Below, piece by piece: positions 1 to 12,213 of a DNA stretch of 24,307 bases (positions are counted from its first letter, which is position 1; every line of letters begins with the position of its first letter). The position numbers and the translations under genes are program-made. The notes beneath the pieces were generated by a model. That model had not been told where the DNA came from, searched no databases, and worked only from the letters and a program-made list of their open reading frames with translations. This DNA comes from Ginkgo biloba. Taxonomy: Eukaryota > Plantae > Ginkgophyta. The DNA is taken from positions 50,717,581 through 50,741,887 of the forward strand of contig JANKJI020000002.1 in assembly GCA_024626585.2 (NCBI GenBank). Direction: 5' to 3'.

Positions 1-149
1 CTCTAGTACCATCAAGTGGAGTCAATCATTGAGGCTAATGACCCTTAACATGGGGAGAGATCTTAAAAAATCCCAATTCAAGCCCAAGGGAGTTTATTCT
101 AGACATATACTAATAAGGACCTAGCAAGATTGATGAAGTCCTAGAATTA

Positions 150-290
150 TCAACAAAAGGTGAAGGGTTGCTAAACCTTTTAAGGTCACTCAAAGGTGAA
201 GGGTCAATATAATTCAAAAGGTTATTAGAATCTAAGGGTCACTAAAAGGTGAAAGGTCACACAAAGTGAAGAGCCAAAGATCAACGAAAT
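150..290 (+). repeat. Short degenerate direct repeats (AAAGGTGAAGGGTCA-like) in a probable LTR fragment
   Basis: Copies are near 157, 192, 246 and 263, followed by TATA-like CTATTTAAG at 311. Confidence 0.45.
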
Positions 291-3200
291 TGTAGGTCAC
301 CTCCATCTCCTATTTAAGTAATGTGAAAGATTGAAGAAAGGGAAGAACATGGAGAAAAGCTTATAAGAAGTTATATGGTTGTACTCTAGTGTTAGATTGG
401 GTTTTGACAATGCTAAAGTTATGCATTTATGGAAACATAAGAAAATTTATGGGTTGCATGGGATTCTATTAGCATCGAGGCCATATTATATAATCATTGT
501 GTAGGGCATGATTGTGGCTTTGAAATTAGTGTTTAGGGATTTTGAGGTGACTCTTGGTACAAAAGTAATGGCTATCTGAAGTTTAGAAAACTTTTTGCCT
601 TGGTTTATGTTAAATTTAATAAGTTTGGTTGATTTCCATTAATTGCNNNNNNNNNNTAAGTAGTAGTAGGAATGTGTGTGTGAGTTGTGCTTTTCCTTTT
701 TCCTTATAAATAATTGTTTGGATAAATGTTGATTATATGGAGCATTAGTAATCTATATGAGGATTTATATAGACAAAACTTAATGGATGGACAATAATGG
801 TTTGACAAAAGATATGAACAAAGTTCATTGATGTAAAATACTATACTAGAGTAGAAATATATTATCATGTGGTTGTTCAAAAACTACCAAATTTTCAATC
901 TAATGTATGTTAATCATTAAATGGTACACATTCTTGTACGAGTTATGCCATTGAAAGATAAAGAGTTAAGAATTATTATGTAGAACGATACATTATTATC
1001 CATTGCTTCTAGATTGTTGGAAGGTATTAGATAATTTCTAGAGAGTGCATATAGGCTCCGAGGTGTTGTTACATGCTAAAATAGATTGCACATGTATGCC
1101 ATGGAGCTACTTTTGTCAATGACTATTGATCAAGGCAATCAGATAGATTTTTATGTTTTCAATAGCAATGTAAAACTTGAACAACCTATGTATTGCTGCT
1201 ATACTTTATAGTCATATTCGTGCATAAGGAAGAGACCAATCTATGTTGTCACACTCAATAAATAGTGAATTATAGGTACTTGACAAAATATATATTGATT
1301 TTGTTGGGTGAAATTGCCAATACCCTTAGCCCAGAATAATAATGGACCTCCAATAAAATATCTCCAATTGATTTCATAATTAAAGTTGACTATTGTCATT
1401 CCAATAATTCATTCTTCCAAAGGGGATGTATTATTATTTTAAAAACGAATTTTAAAGAAATGTGTTAGAAATTTGGAAGAGAAATACTCACCATATATAA
1501 TAAAAATATTTTTCCTAGTAGTATGTCCCAAGGAGTTGCAACTTAAAACCTCTTCTTTGGATGAAACTAATACCCTATTTGAAAAGTTTATTATCTNNNN
1601 NNNNNNNNNNNNNNNNNNNNNNNNNNNNNNNNNNNNNNNNNNNNNNNNNNNNNNNNNNNNNNNNNNNNNNNNNNNNNNNNNNNNNNNNNNNNNNNNTTTC
1701 ATAATTAGTTATATTTAATTATCATAAATACAATCAACCCAACATAAAAGGTTTCCACAAAATTGGAACTCACCTTGAACATATTTCATTTTGAAGAAAA
1801 TATCACCTTCTTCTCTCTCATATAATAAATATAATAAGTTATTGATCACTACTAGACAGAGGCATATTAGACTCAATAGATTCCCTAAAACATTTAAATA
1901 TGTCAAAATATAGATAACTCCACATGGTAATGACAATAAGTGTCCCAAGTAGTATTTGGCCTAGTATACCATGGTTTTAATTTCTTTTCAATGTGAAATT
2001 TCACATTATGTAAATCCTCTTATAAATATGAAATAATGCAGTATAGTTCATATCTAAGAAATACTTATGATGTTCTTCACAGTTTCCTCTTAAATTTATT
2101 TAAGTCAAAACATCCTCCTATTAGAAAAAATAGGTGAATTAGCCTCCTAATGTTCTATAACTGTACTCCTCACATCCTCTGAGATCATGTTGCTATGAGC
2201 ATGTCTACAATATGAGACCTAAAAGTTTGGTGTCTTTGTAATATTTTCTTGGAGATGATTTAAGTCCTTTTAAGCTACCCTAAGCAAATTCTTTTGTGAC
2301 ATCTTTTGACTCAAAATAAGTATTGTCAGAACTCGATGAGTAGCACATTCTTGCTAGCATTGCATGACTTTTTAAAAGTTAAAAAGTTCCAAAATTACAC
2401 TTTGGCTAAAAAAAACAATATCCAAAACAAAACATTCCACATGGTCGGTTGGTTGGGCAAAACATTACTACTAGGAGACAAGTTGAAAAATGAAGTAAAT
2501 GTCAAATCATACTTCAAAAGTTGATTGAGCACTCTTTGGTAAGAATTATTATTGGATCATTGATCCCATGTCTCGAGTACTATGGTGGGCTTGTCTTTGT
2601 ACGAAATGTTTGCTCTCTAATAACAACAACATTTCCTAGATTTCTCTTTGTTACCTATCTAGATGCTTGCTCCTGATTTGAACATGCAGTCCACACATAA
2701 ATTCATGTCATCTACATGGAATGGCTGAACTGGTGCGAGTTTGGAGACAACCATTTATCAGAAATGTTAAATCCCATATGCCCTTCATGTATCAAGCTCC
2801 ACCTTCATGAAATTGAGTATGCCACATCCATGTCAAAAACTAAGTTAGTTCCATCAAATCTATAGATGGATGAATCACTGGAGCAAGTTCTTCGAGTATG
2901 TAAAGATAAGTTTGCATATGATTTATTTTATATCTTGAGAGCAAAACATGGAAGGTAGTGTATATTTGAGAAAACCAATTACAACTTTGGGAAGATTATA
3001 TAGGTTTGACAACACCTGATTCTTGGAAAAGGAATGTCACTCTTTGAAGTTTATGCATTTTCATGCTGAAGAAATGTTAATGCCAAGCTGTTGAAATTCC
3101 AAGATTTTTAGATTACGATATATTTACATCATATTATATTTCTGCATTGGCCTTATCTTTTGATGTATGCTGCTACATATTTCAAGTGATATATGGGTCT

Positions 3201-3353
3201 CATCATTGGATATATGACATTTCAAAGGCACTGGTATCATTCTTCCTACCATAGAAATTGCATACTAAATTTAAACTTGTTAAGGCTTCTTGTATATTTG
3301 GAAAGATTTCAAAAGAGGTAAAAAGTTACTGCTATGGCTATTATTCTTTCCTG

Positions 3354-3438
3354 TATTAGTTGGCTTCATTCTTTTATTGTTAGTATCAACATCATTTTTC
3401 CTCTATTAGGTTGGCTTCTTTTATTGTTAGTATCTACA
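3354..3438. repeat. Two-copy tandem duplication, period ~50 bp
   Basis: tattagttggcttcattcttttattgttagtatcaac (3354) versus tattaggttggcttcttttattgttagtatctac (3404). Confidence 0.8.
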
Positions 3439-3942
3439 CATTCTCAATATACCAAAGGTATCTACAATATTATTGAATTTTGCAATGTGATTGGAATGAA
3501 TGGGCTTCAATTGTACCCTGCAATGGTGTGACTTTAATCTCTACAAATTTATCAAAATCATTCATGCTGATATATAAATTGCATACGAGTGTGATATAGA
3601 TGTAAATCATTATCTGAATGAGGTAGAGGGAGGACTGTACAAGACTTTTTGCTATGGAATAACAAAATTTCAGATATAGGTTCACAAAGTAGGGTTTGGC
3701 CCACTTGGTAAGCAGGTGGCATTTCCATGACAAACTCAGTCGCCTTGAAGTCATCACCTAAACATACAATATAAACCCCAATGCCAACACCCTGGTGCAG
3801 ACGGGTATGGTGGATTGAGAAGCCCAGCTCAAGATTCCCTTCTCCAAGAGCAAATTTTATGTAATAATTAACGTACAGAGAAGCATATAGTATCTATAAA
3901 TCATCCAAGGAAAACATTTGACAATGCAGGATGTCAACTTAC

Positions 3943-3947
3943 ATAAG
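3943..3947 (-). CDS. Probable 3' end of exon 2 of the same ferredoxin-like gene; the rest would lie in the N gap 3948-4047
   Basis: The minus strand reads NNN-CT TAT|GTAAGT, with a perfect donor at 3942-3937. xCT-TAT encodes (A/T/P/S)-Y, matching the family motif IELYA(A/T)Y or ELYGPY that precedes the cysteine-motif segment. Only 5 coding nt are visible, so a chance match cannot be excluded. Confidence 0.5.
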
Positions 3948-4047
3948 NNNNNNNNNNNNNNNNNNNNNNNNNNNNNNNNNNNNNNNNNNNNNNNNNNNNN
4001 NNNNNNNNNNNNNNNNNNNNNNNNNNNNNNNNNNNNNNNNNNNNNNN

Positions 4048-4161
4048 GTACCTTGTATCCTACTTCCAGCAGGGATACTAAAACGTGCAGGTGACGACAC
4101 CTGAATTATCGGCTTCGTTGCGGGTGTGACACAAACATCCATCAACACTACCCCCTCCTCC
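4048..4161 (-). mobile_element. Polypurine tract and start of a 3' LTR of an LTR retrotransposon, running into the gap
   Basis: The minus strand reads GGAGGAGGGGGTAG (4161-4148) directly followed by TGTTGATGG... from 4147, the canonical PPT-TG junction. The LTR part still has several CpGs. Confidence 0.55.
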
Positions 4162-5420
4162 AAGACTTAGGATTCAATATCCTTATCATGATCATATAAA
4201 ATTCCCTACTAGTATACTCCATAACATTTAGATATCAAAGATTATCCTCATAGTGATACTCTGCATGGATATACCAGAATAACTACGTTCTAAGACTCAA
4301 TTGAACATTCTTTCATATAGTATATTACCCATCTACTAATTGTAGTGGTATAATAGAGACTAAGAAATAATCATAGGTCTAAATCTATCATATCAAGCAA
4401 CTTTTAGTAGTATCATAATGTATCATAATAAATCAAGAAAATAACATCGTTACATACCTCTATAGGATTTGGAAGCCTGGTTTCAACTCTTAATAATGAT
4501 TGATAATCTTTAGTGATCCTCCCACATCTCCTCCTCAAATAAAACATATAAACAGGTGCTAAATGAGGTCTAAGGGAAATTTTATAGCTCCTATAAGGGT
4601 TTGTCTTGCTTTTAGGAGATTTTCTAACCCTTATTGTAGAAGCATTGCTAACTCTTAACAAGGATTGCTAAAAATGGTTTGGCCTTCCATAGTGATAGTA
4701 AGGGAGGTATAATCTTTAAAATTATCCTAATATAACTTGTATAAGGTCAATTTCATCCTTCAGTTAGGCTTAAGATAGTAATCTGGTGGAAGATATGGCT
4801 TCTAAGGTCATCATTCTATAGATAGGACATATAAATTCACTCAATAAGTAGGTCACTAGCTTTAGGTGGAAGAAGGATGAAGAAAATAAGGAGAGATGAT
4901 GAGGAAATGAATTTCTCCAACCTCATTTTATACTTTTTGAAGGGACGTGGTCATACCCAAGATTAGTTGATAATGTAGGCTCATGGCTATTTAAAATCCT
5001 TTGTGAAAAGTTAATTGTCCTATAAAAAGTGGGCATTAGGGTTTAAGGTAGGTTATTTTCATTTTTTAAGACATTTTTGGGCCTTTTAAGGGTCCTGGCA
5101 CAATTATAATTATCTTTAAACTTAAGTATTCATACACATTCTTTGAAGCTAAGCTCTTTCTTATCCTTCCTCTTCATATATAATGGTATTTTAGATTCCT
5201 TAGACCTAGTTAATGCATTCTTAAATATTTCTTAAGGGTTTCCTTAATAATTAAGATATGTCAACCCTCACAAGGTTCTTTCTTAACATATAAGTCATTT
5301 TATTTACTAATTTATCTCCCTTAGGGTTTGTCAATCCTATTGACTAACTTTGATTAACCTTTGACCAAGTTTTACCAATATTAAACTAGGGTTAACTTCA
5401 CTCTAATAAATATGGTGTAA
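4162..5420 (-). mobile_element. Decayed LTR-retrotransposon-derived non-coding sequence
   Basis: It is contiguous with the PPT and nearly devoid of CpG. A TATA-like GTATAAAATGAGG near 4921-4933 is followed on the minus strand by a CT-rich tract, as in LTR promoters. No protein motif was recognised. Confidence 0.3.
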
Positions 5421-6569
5421 TAAAATTATACATTTAGAGTTGATAGAAGGTCATGCAACTTCATGGATATCAATACAAAATTGAGCTACAAGAATAAAAC
5501 ATTGATAGTGATTCCAAGATATGCATGGCATTTATATGTATACATCATGTATTCATGTAGGGGCATCAAGATGAGAGGTAATGAGGGGTTGTTTATTACC
5601 TCGATGGATTACTTCATTATGAATATATATCCACATAATACTAGTTTGATGATGTGTCAAATTGTCATTCTTATAATTTCTTCATTTTATTTATCATATT
5701 GACCTATGTGCATCTATTTATACCTATTTTTATAAGCATATACCTATTTAATATGACGTACATGATTTTGATTTTACACCATAAACATCCATGCATCAAT
5801 GTTTATTATGGAAAATGACAATGAGATAATTAATTTTAGTGGTTAACCATCAATAAATTTGAGGAGATTAATTAGATTTTATTGTGTCCTAAAAGAAATG
5901 GAGGATGTGATCTTAAAGGAATTTCAATATTATGTGTCAGTTTAACTCACTTTTGTAAGTGAAGTACGTCAAAATAATTCTCTTTTTAAAGAATATAAAT
6001 GTAAGACATGAATCTAATATTATTGAGCATCTAAAAAAAAAATATTCTCTTTTTAGTAGGTTCTAGGGTAGTAGATTTGATTGATATTTTTACACCTTCA
6101 TGAACTTGTGGCCATGGATGGCATAGATAGCACTCCTAGTTCTTAGGATTCAAGTGCATAGGATACCTTATTCTTCATCTCATACCACTCTTTGATATAC
6201 TCTTTATCTCTTTCCTTGATTACTCCATACTTTTTCACAACATACTCAGAACATTCTTCCTCTATCCCATTTATTATTGAAAGAAGTAAATAATTAATTT
6301 TGAATGAAAAAATATCCCATCATCCCTCTCTAATGGTGTCTGTAGATACCCAAAAATATGCAAGGTAAGATTTAAGGTTTCCACATTATTTATTGAGGAG
6401 TACCTCCCCCCACCTACCTCAAAGTAGTTAATGGAAAATACGCTCTACCATCTCTATCATTACTGAACATATTAGCATAATAGGATGGAAATGTTCATGA
6501 AACATGTATGTTATATTATTTTTTCTTAGATAAAGTCTATAAATTTTTATTTACTACCAAATCAACTTC

Positions 6570-8770
6570 ATCCTCTACCATTATTGGTCATTTTCTAGGG
6601 AATATCCCTTCTAAAGACAAGATGAAAAGTTTTTTTACTTAGCTTTGGGGTAACACTATAAGATCTATTAGATTTTTTAATTAATGGTGAATTATTTTTT
6701 TCTCTCACATTTGGGGATGTTGATGACCAAGTTCTAACTAGTGATCCTTGGTCTTATTTGAGCTCTATGCTCCTTGTCAAAAGATGGGAGTATGATTTTG
6801 GCCCCCTTACAAAAAAAAAAAAAACTATTTTCTGATATGGATTGAACCATTAAGTCTCCCTTTGCACCTCTAAGAATTGGTATATGAGATAGGTTCTCCT
6901 ATTAGACATTTCATTCTTCTCCCTTCAAATAGAAAATTTATTTCTTGACCAACATTGAGGATTTGTGTGGAAGTCTACCTTTCTAAATCCTTACTTGAGA
7001 ATATCTATATTTTTTATGGATTTGACATTCAACTTTAAAAATCATCTTACCATAATCTCCCTCTAGATTATTTCCATTGCCATAATATTAGAAATTTTAT
7101 TAAATATTGACCATTTCCTACACTAAAAGATAACATGGGAGTTTACAAAGTTTTAGAAATGAAAGGGATTGACTCAACTAAAGTTTCTTTGGATAAATCC
7201 AATGTGAAAAGATCCGAAGCCCCCAACACTCTACCAATTGGCCTTTAATTTACTAGACCCCTTTGTCCATAGAACCATTCTCCCTCTTTTTATTTAGTTA
7301 CACCCTTAAATTTATAATCGAATACAATCCTAACATATTCTCTAATAGTTTCAACCCCCTACCTCCAATTGGTTTCAAAATTTCGGTTAAGACTTTTTGA
7401 TAGGCATCTAATAAGATCATGACCTTTTGAATATAGAAATAAGTGGATCCCTCTTCCCTCAACCTTAACAAGTAACATTCCCCTAGCCTCTTGAATGATT
7501 ATAGGGAAGGAGGTCTTGTATTTTTAAAATACTTATCTTTAGCATATGTCATTAGAATTAAGAAAGAAAAATGTGAGACTCAACATGTATTTTTTTGTCT
7601 TAAAGACTCCAATTTTGGCACTCAATAGGAAAATAATAATAAGAACCTCAAATCATGGATAGGTATATTATAATCGATACTTTCCTCTACCACTAGAATA
7701 GGTTTTAGATTTAGGGTGAATATGAAAATGTATCTAAAATATAAATTTTGGATACTTTTGAGAAATATGGAATGGAGATTATCCCTTTCTCATTTGGGAG
7801 GACATAAAACTATCATTATTTTTATACAATATAAGGGGGTTGTCAATCCCCTAAAGAATATATATACTTAATTTAAACATGCTTTCTTTAGCTAGGGTTT
7901 TAAATTTTTTAACACTTTAAGAAGCCAAAGTATATGGTTTTTTTCTTTGGAATATAATGAGAAATATATGGGGTTTTGGTCATTTTTGTAGCTACTAATC
8001 ATGCTAATGGGTCTAGAGGAGTGGTTCTGGGTTATCTTACTTAGATCAAAGACTCTCTTCTAGATCATAGTTGTGACTTATGTAATTGAATTTCTTGGGC
8101 TATATTTTAGATTCAAAACTATATTCTAGGGGTCACGAGTGTGAGTTCCCCAAATTATATTTTAGATAGGGTCAATTTATGGCACTAGATATATAATATT
8201 TACTCCCTCAATCTTCTTAGACAATGTTTGGATAATTTAGTATGGTGGAGGATGCTTAGGACTGATAAGTCACTACTATAAATTCCATCTACTTATCAAA
8301 ATTACAATCTTAGTTGAATTTCAAGTCAATTTTGGCTTGTAAGAGGTTTGTCCTATATGGTATAATGCCTACACATGGATAAATAATAGAGTTAGCTAGG
8401 ATAGAGTCTGATCTAGGATTGACAAATGATAATTGTATAATGATGGAATGTCTAATTTCTTATATGAACCTCTTAAGATCCCCTCTATGACCTCTCTCTT
8501 AGATCATTAACCTATCTCAGCAAGAAATTTCTTAGGCTCATGTTGGGTACCTCCTAAAAAACTCTATTTTTAAATCAAATGTATCCTACCTAAAGGAAAA
8601 ATATTTTGATATGGATATCTAACAAATTTTGAACTTGGTTCATATACCAAGAGATTATATTAAATGGATAATATGGTGGGAAGAGACCATTAGTAGAATT
8701 ATAAATTAGATCAAAGGATATAAAAAGAGGGTTGCAACTCTAAGTCAACAAAAATACAAATTTATGGGGG
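6570..8770 (+). mobile_element. Decayed L1-clade LINE remnant (ORF1 plus ORF2 APE endonuclease; no RT seen) inside intron 1, antisense to the host gene
   Basis: Manual translation gives motifs in the expected order. ORF1: IIGHFLGNIP (~6580), DPWSYLSSMLLVKRWEYDFGP (~6745-6805, DUF4283-like), LRICVEVYLSKSL (6955, cf. ARICVEVDLSKPL) and a degenerate Zn knuckle LPLDYFHCHNIRNFIKY*P (~7057-7115). Endonuclease: YNIRGL (~7825), SIYG (~8172), AYTWINNRVS*DRV*SRIDK (8367) and LLDH*PI (8496, the SDHxPI motif). Many stops and frameshifts are present, and the ends are approximate. Confidence 0.8.
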
Positions 8771-8788
8771 CATTATATGCCTACTCAC

Positions 8789-9007
8789 CCCTATAAAATC
8801 AAAGTCAATTCTAGGAGGACCCTCTGGAACACTGCTCTCCAAGGGTGTGGGCGCGGCATTCTCTGCACTGCTTAAAGCCGAAGATACGGCTCTTGCTCCT
8901 CTAAATGGCATTTGTTTTGTGGGGTACTTAGTACCCTTGGATTCATTAATTGGTGATAGTTTGCCCAAACCATAATGCAATGCAGAATTTAGTTGCAGAG
9001 CAGCCAT
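8789..9007 (-). CDS. Exon 1 of a chloroplast-targeted 2Fe-2S ferredoxin-like protein (At4g32590-like / PnsB3-NDF4 family)
   Basis: ATG at 9007 is in a good plant context (ctgATGGCT). The 73 codons MAALQLNS...RGARAVSSALSSAENAAPTPLESSVPEGPPRIDFDFIG give an S/A/K/R-rich, acid-poor transit-peptide-like N-terminus. The final PPRIDFDFIG resembles, from memory, PEIELEF(I/F)G of At4g32590 homologues and PPAVDFAFV of PnsB3. It is followed by a consensus phase-0 donor, GGG|GTGAGT, at 8788. The segment keeps GC and CpG, unlike its flanks. Confidence 0.8.
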
Positions 9008-9120
9008 CAGTAGGAGAGAAAACCAGTGAAAGAGACGCAGGACGGAGAGTGTTTCGTGTTATTTGTGGCCTTAAGCCATAATATGTGGTCATTTGGGCTC
9101 TTATCTCTTCATCCACATTA
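9008..9120 (-). promoter_or_regulatory. 5' UTR and proximal promoter of the ferredoxin-like gene with light/plastid-type motifs
   Basis: A pyrimidine-rich leader lies directly upstream of the ATG. GCCAC (SORLIP1-like) is at 9069-9065, site II TGGGCT at 9094-9099, and I-box core GATAAG at 9105-9100. The motifs are short, so the support is positional only. Confidence 0.45.
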
Positions 9121-9904
9121 TATTTCAAGGATATGTTCAAAAAATTTTACTCGACTTTATTGCAATGTCCTGTTTATGCCAGTCTTACCAAATATGGATT
9201 TAGTCAATGCTGATTGCATCATGCAGGGAGTTTGTATTACAGAAGTCCGGTCAAGGTGTTTAGTAGGGAGCAGTTTTATGCTGAAATAACGCAATATACC
9301 AAATTCTATAACAAAAGCAATCGGGATATACAATCTCAAAGTGGTACGGTTTCCAGTGGAACGATGGTTTGTGCTATTTGTTTGAAATAAAAATATCACT
9401 TCACAATCACTTTTATATCTTGTTAATTCATCAAAGAATAGATAATGATACAATTGGAAGTGTGGTTTAGTTACAAAATGTAGGCATGACAAAGTACTCG
9501 TATTTTCATACAGAGATTTAAGGCAACAAAAACTTTCAAAATTTTGTAAAAGGCTCAAATCTTTTTCTTTTTTTGTTTTGAGATACAAGGTATCAATTTA
9601 TTCATAGAAAAGATGCCTCAAGACAATTACATCATTTAATATTAGCTTCTTATGAAGGAGGCATGTCTATGTTGATTATTTACTATTAATAATTCTAGGC
9701 CTTATGTTGGCACACATTCTTTACCATTTACTTGGCACTTATTTTGAATTGAGTAGAAATGACTTTAAGTGTCATCTAAAGGATGAACACAAAAAGCTTA
9801 CACATTTACTAGAAATAAGGAAACAAAGTTCACTATGTAGGAGTGTGGTGAACTTTTAGGGTTTCACTTATCACATTCACCATAAATCAATTGTATTTTG
9901 TTTT

Positions 9905-10565
9905 TGTCAAGAATAATTCACCATTTAATAATAAAGCCATGCCTCAAAAGCCAAAGAGATAATAATATAACACTTACAATATCACAAAAGACCAAAATAC
10001 CTTATATGAGCAAATGCTTCAGAAAAATATTTAAGTCAAAACTTATTCTTATTATTATGAATGAAACTTGAGTGCCCTTATATAATAAAAAAGGGCCTCT
10101 TTACTATAAACCCTTACCTACCTCTACTTAGCATATATTTATGGTTAGCCTTAAAACATGGGCCCACCACTTATATGTACTTAAATTCTCATAATTATAA
10201 ATCATCAAAACATAAATCATCACCATATCTTGACATAATTGTTGCATTCATTCACCATCAATCATATAATTATATGGAGTATATATAAAATACACAAGTA
10301 ATTAACTTTTCGATAATAAAGATATGCCTCAAAGCTAAAGAGATCATATTATGACACTTACAATATCATTAGGAACTTAGCTAAGTCTAAAATGCCATAT
10401 ATGATGAGTAAATGCTCCACAAAAATATTCCAAATCATAGCTTATTATTGTTATTACAAATGAGATGTGAGTGCCCTTATATACTCAATATAAGCCTCAT
10501 GAGCATAAACTCTAGGCTACATTTACTTAGCATATATTTATAGTAATAATCACAAACATGAACCC
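9905..10565. repeat. Diverged tandem duplication, period ~390-400 bp; the second unit runs into a gap
   Basis: Collinear shared blocks: atgcctcaaa(a)g (9939/10324), cacttacaatatca (9971/10355), tgagtgcccttatata (10069/10468) and tacttagcatatatttat (10125/10524). Confidence 0.85.
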
Positions 10566-10799
10566 NNNNNNNNNNNNNNNNNNNNNNNNNNNNNNNNNNN
10601 NNNNNNNNNNNNNNNNNNNNNNNNNNNNNNNNNNNNNNNNNNNNNNNNNNNNNNNNNNNNNNNNNAATGCCATTTTTTTTTATGAAAGTTTCTTTTCACA
10701 GGCTCTAATAGACGATGGGAATGAAACCCACTCATTTTAGGAACCATGGTGGTCTTGGGATCCAAGGTACAAAAAACTCAATAATTATAACTTGGGAAG

Positions 10800-11868
10800 A
10801 GTATGTAACCTTGATAATCTTCTAGTGAGGAACCTCCAATACAAACTGGATATTCACAATGACTCTTAACTAGGTGATTTTGAATCTTCTAAGAAAAACT
10901 AAAAAAAGGAGAGAAGGGTAGGGAAAAAAAGAAAGATTAGACTCTTTTTACCTAATTACTAACTAGTGCGACCATTATTAATGATTATATTATAAACAAA
11001 CTAAAGCGCATGGAAAGCAGTGTATACTCAAATTCACATGCACCTTAGGCAATCAATCAATGGATTTAAGAAAGTGAATTATATTTTTTGCATAAGGATT
11101 TAATTATGAGGATAACAATTGTTCATCCACCACAAGAAGAAGAAATCAATTAACCTAACATGCAGTTCAAATTAACTAACCTCATTTAAAGAAATAGAGT
11201 AAGTATCCACACAGTCAATATACCAAACCACCCTTAATCATAAATTGCATAAGCACATCTAATACCTTTCAAGTGTGAGAGACCAAATAACCATATGAAT
11301 TAAAGAATGGCACAACTCAATATTTCTTACTTCAACCACAAAATCAAAATGCAAAACTCTAATTAATAAATTAGTAAAAAATCTAACTAAGCATTAAGAC
11401 TAAAATATATAATGAAAATCATAAACTCACAAACCGAAGCTTTGTGACTCCAAGAACCTTCTTTTGAATTATTTCCTCTCGAAAAATCCTCTCTCCTATC
11501 AAAAAATGGGATCCCCCTATAGATGGGATGCAGCCTCATCTTTATTGCATCTCTCTATTAAAAAAGCAAGCCAAAAATAGCCTAAAGCTAAAATCTTAAC
11601 TAGAGCCAAAAACTCTTTTTTAGGGATGATTTTTCCTTTTTTTACAATTTGTTTCTAAGAAATAAGATTCTTCATTCTTAAGGAAAAGCATGCAGTGAAC
11701 TTCAGTTGGCTCGTGTGATGATAAGTAGCCTTGTATGAATACTTTAAAACACTTATGTGTATTAGGACCACACATAACTCTAAAGTAGATGAAGAAGATC
11801 ATGCAAGGGCTTCCTTTCCTCTCTCTTTGGCTGCTAGACACTTGTTATCATCATCATCAATCCTAACA
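10800..11868 (-). mobile_element. Possible solo or partial LTR
   Basis: It begins TGTTAGG on the minus strand at 11868, close to where composition switches from CpG-rich to CpG-poor. A possible other end, TGTAACC, is at 10804. The flanking 5-mers (gagta/gtgtc) match only 3/5, so the TSD is unconfirmed. Confidence 0.3.
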
Positions 11869-11969
11869 GTGTCTATAATTGGATCTTAGGCTCTGGAAAC
11901 GCCTTTGATACTGTTAAGTATTCACTGAGTTTTTCGCGTGGGAGATGAATTGCTGTGTAATTGAAAATT

Positions 11970-12170
11970 CTCTCCGACGGATGTCGGTCTTCTGTCCCCC
12001 TGACGTTTGTCTTGCATCCTGTGCTTCGACCATGTTGGTTTCCAATATTCCATGTCAGTTAGTTTCATCAGACGTTGTTGGTCATCCTCCGACGATGTTG
12101 GTTTTCCATGCGGGTTTGTCGATGCTATTGGTCACCATCGACACATCCCATTGACGATGTCGATTTTCAG
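11970..12170 (+). repeat. Cluster of short degenerate repeats, consensus about CGACGATGTTGGT
   Basis: About six copies are near 11975, 12027, 12070, 12090, 12120 and 12152, immediately left of the G-box array. Confidence 0.65.
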
Positions 12171-12213
12171 AGATAGCCCCAAGTCGATCACTTCGTGTTG
12201 TTTGATCTTTGAA

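Noticed and set aside
657-2300. Decayed, possibly TE-derived coding-like sequence
   Set aside because: No ordered motifs could be recovered on either strand by eye, so it was left unassigned.
3560-3895. A ~110-codon stop-free minus-strand frame (…GDDFKATEFVMEMPPAYQ…), ORF 3470-3757, and a plus-strand AG/GT-bounded 34-nt segment at 3674-3707
   Set aside because: No protein family was recognised and none matches the expected ferredoxin exons. They are best read as unique intron sequence.
5661-5823. Short imperfect inverted repeat (attgtcattcttataat / attatggaaaatgacaat) as a possible MITE or hairpin
   Set aside because: It is only ~17 bp, AT-rich and mismatched, with no TSD and no extension.
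9026-9588. ORFs 9026-9289 (+), 8946-9140 (-) and 9157-9588 (-) suggesting a divergent or upstream gene
   Set aside because: They overlap the promoter/UTR, mostly start at non-ATG codons, and show no recognisable domain or splice structure.
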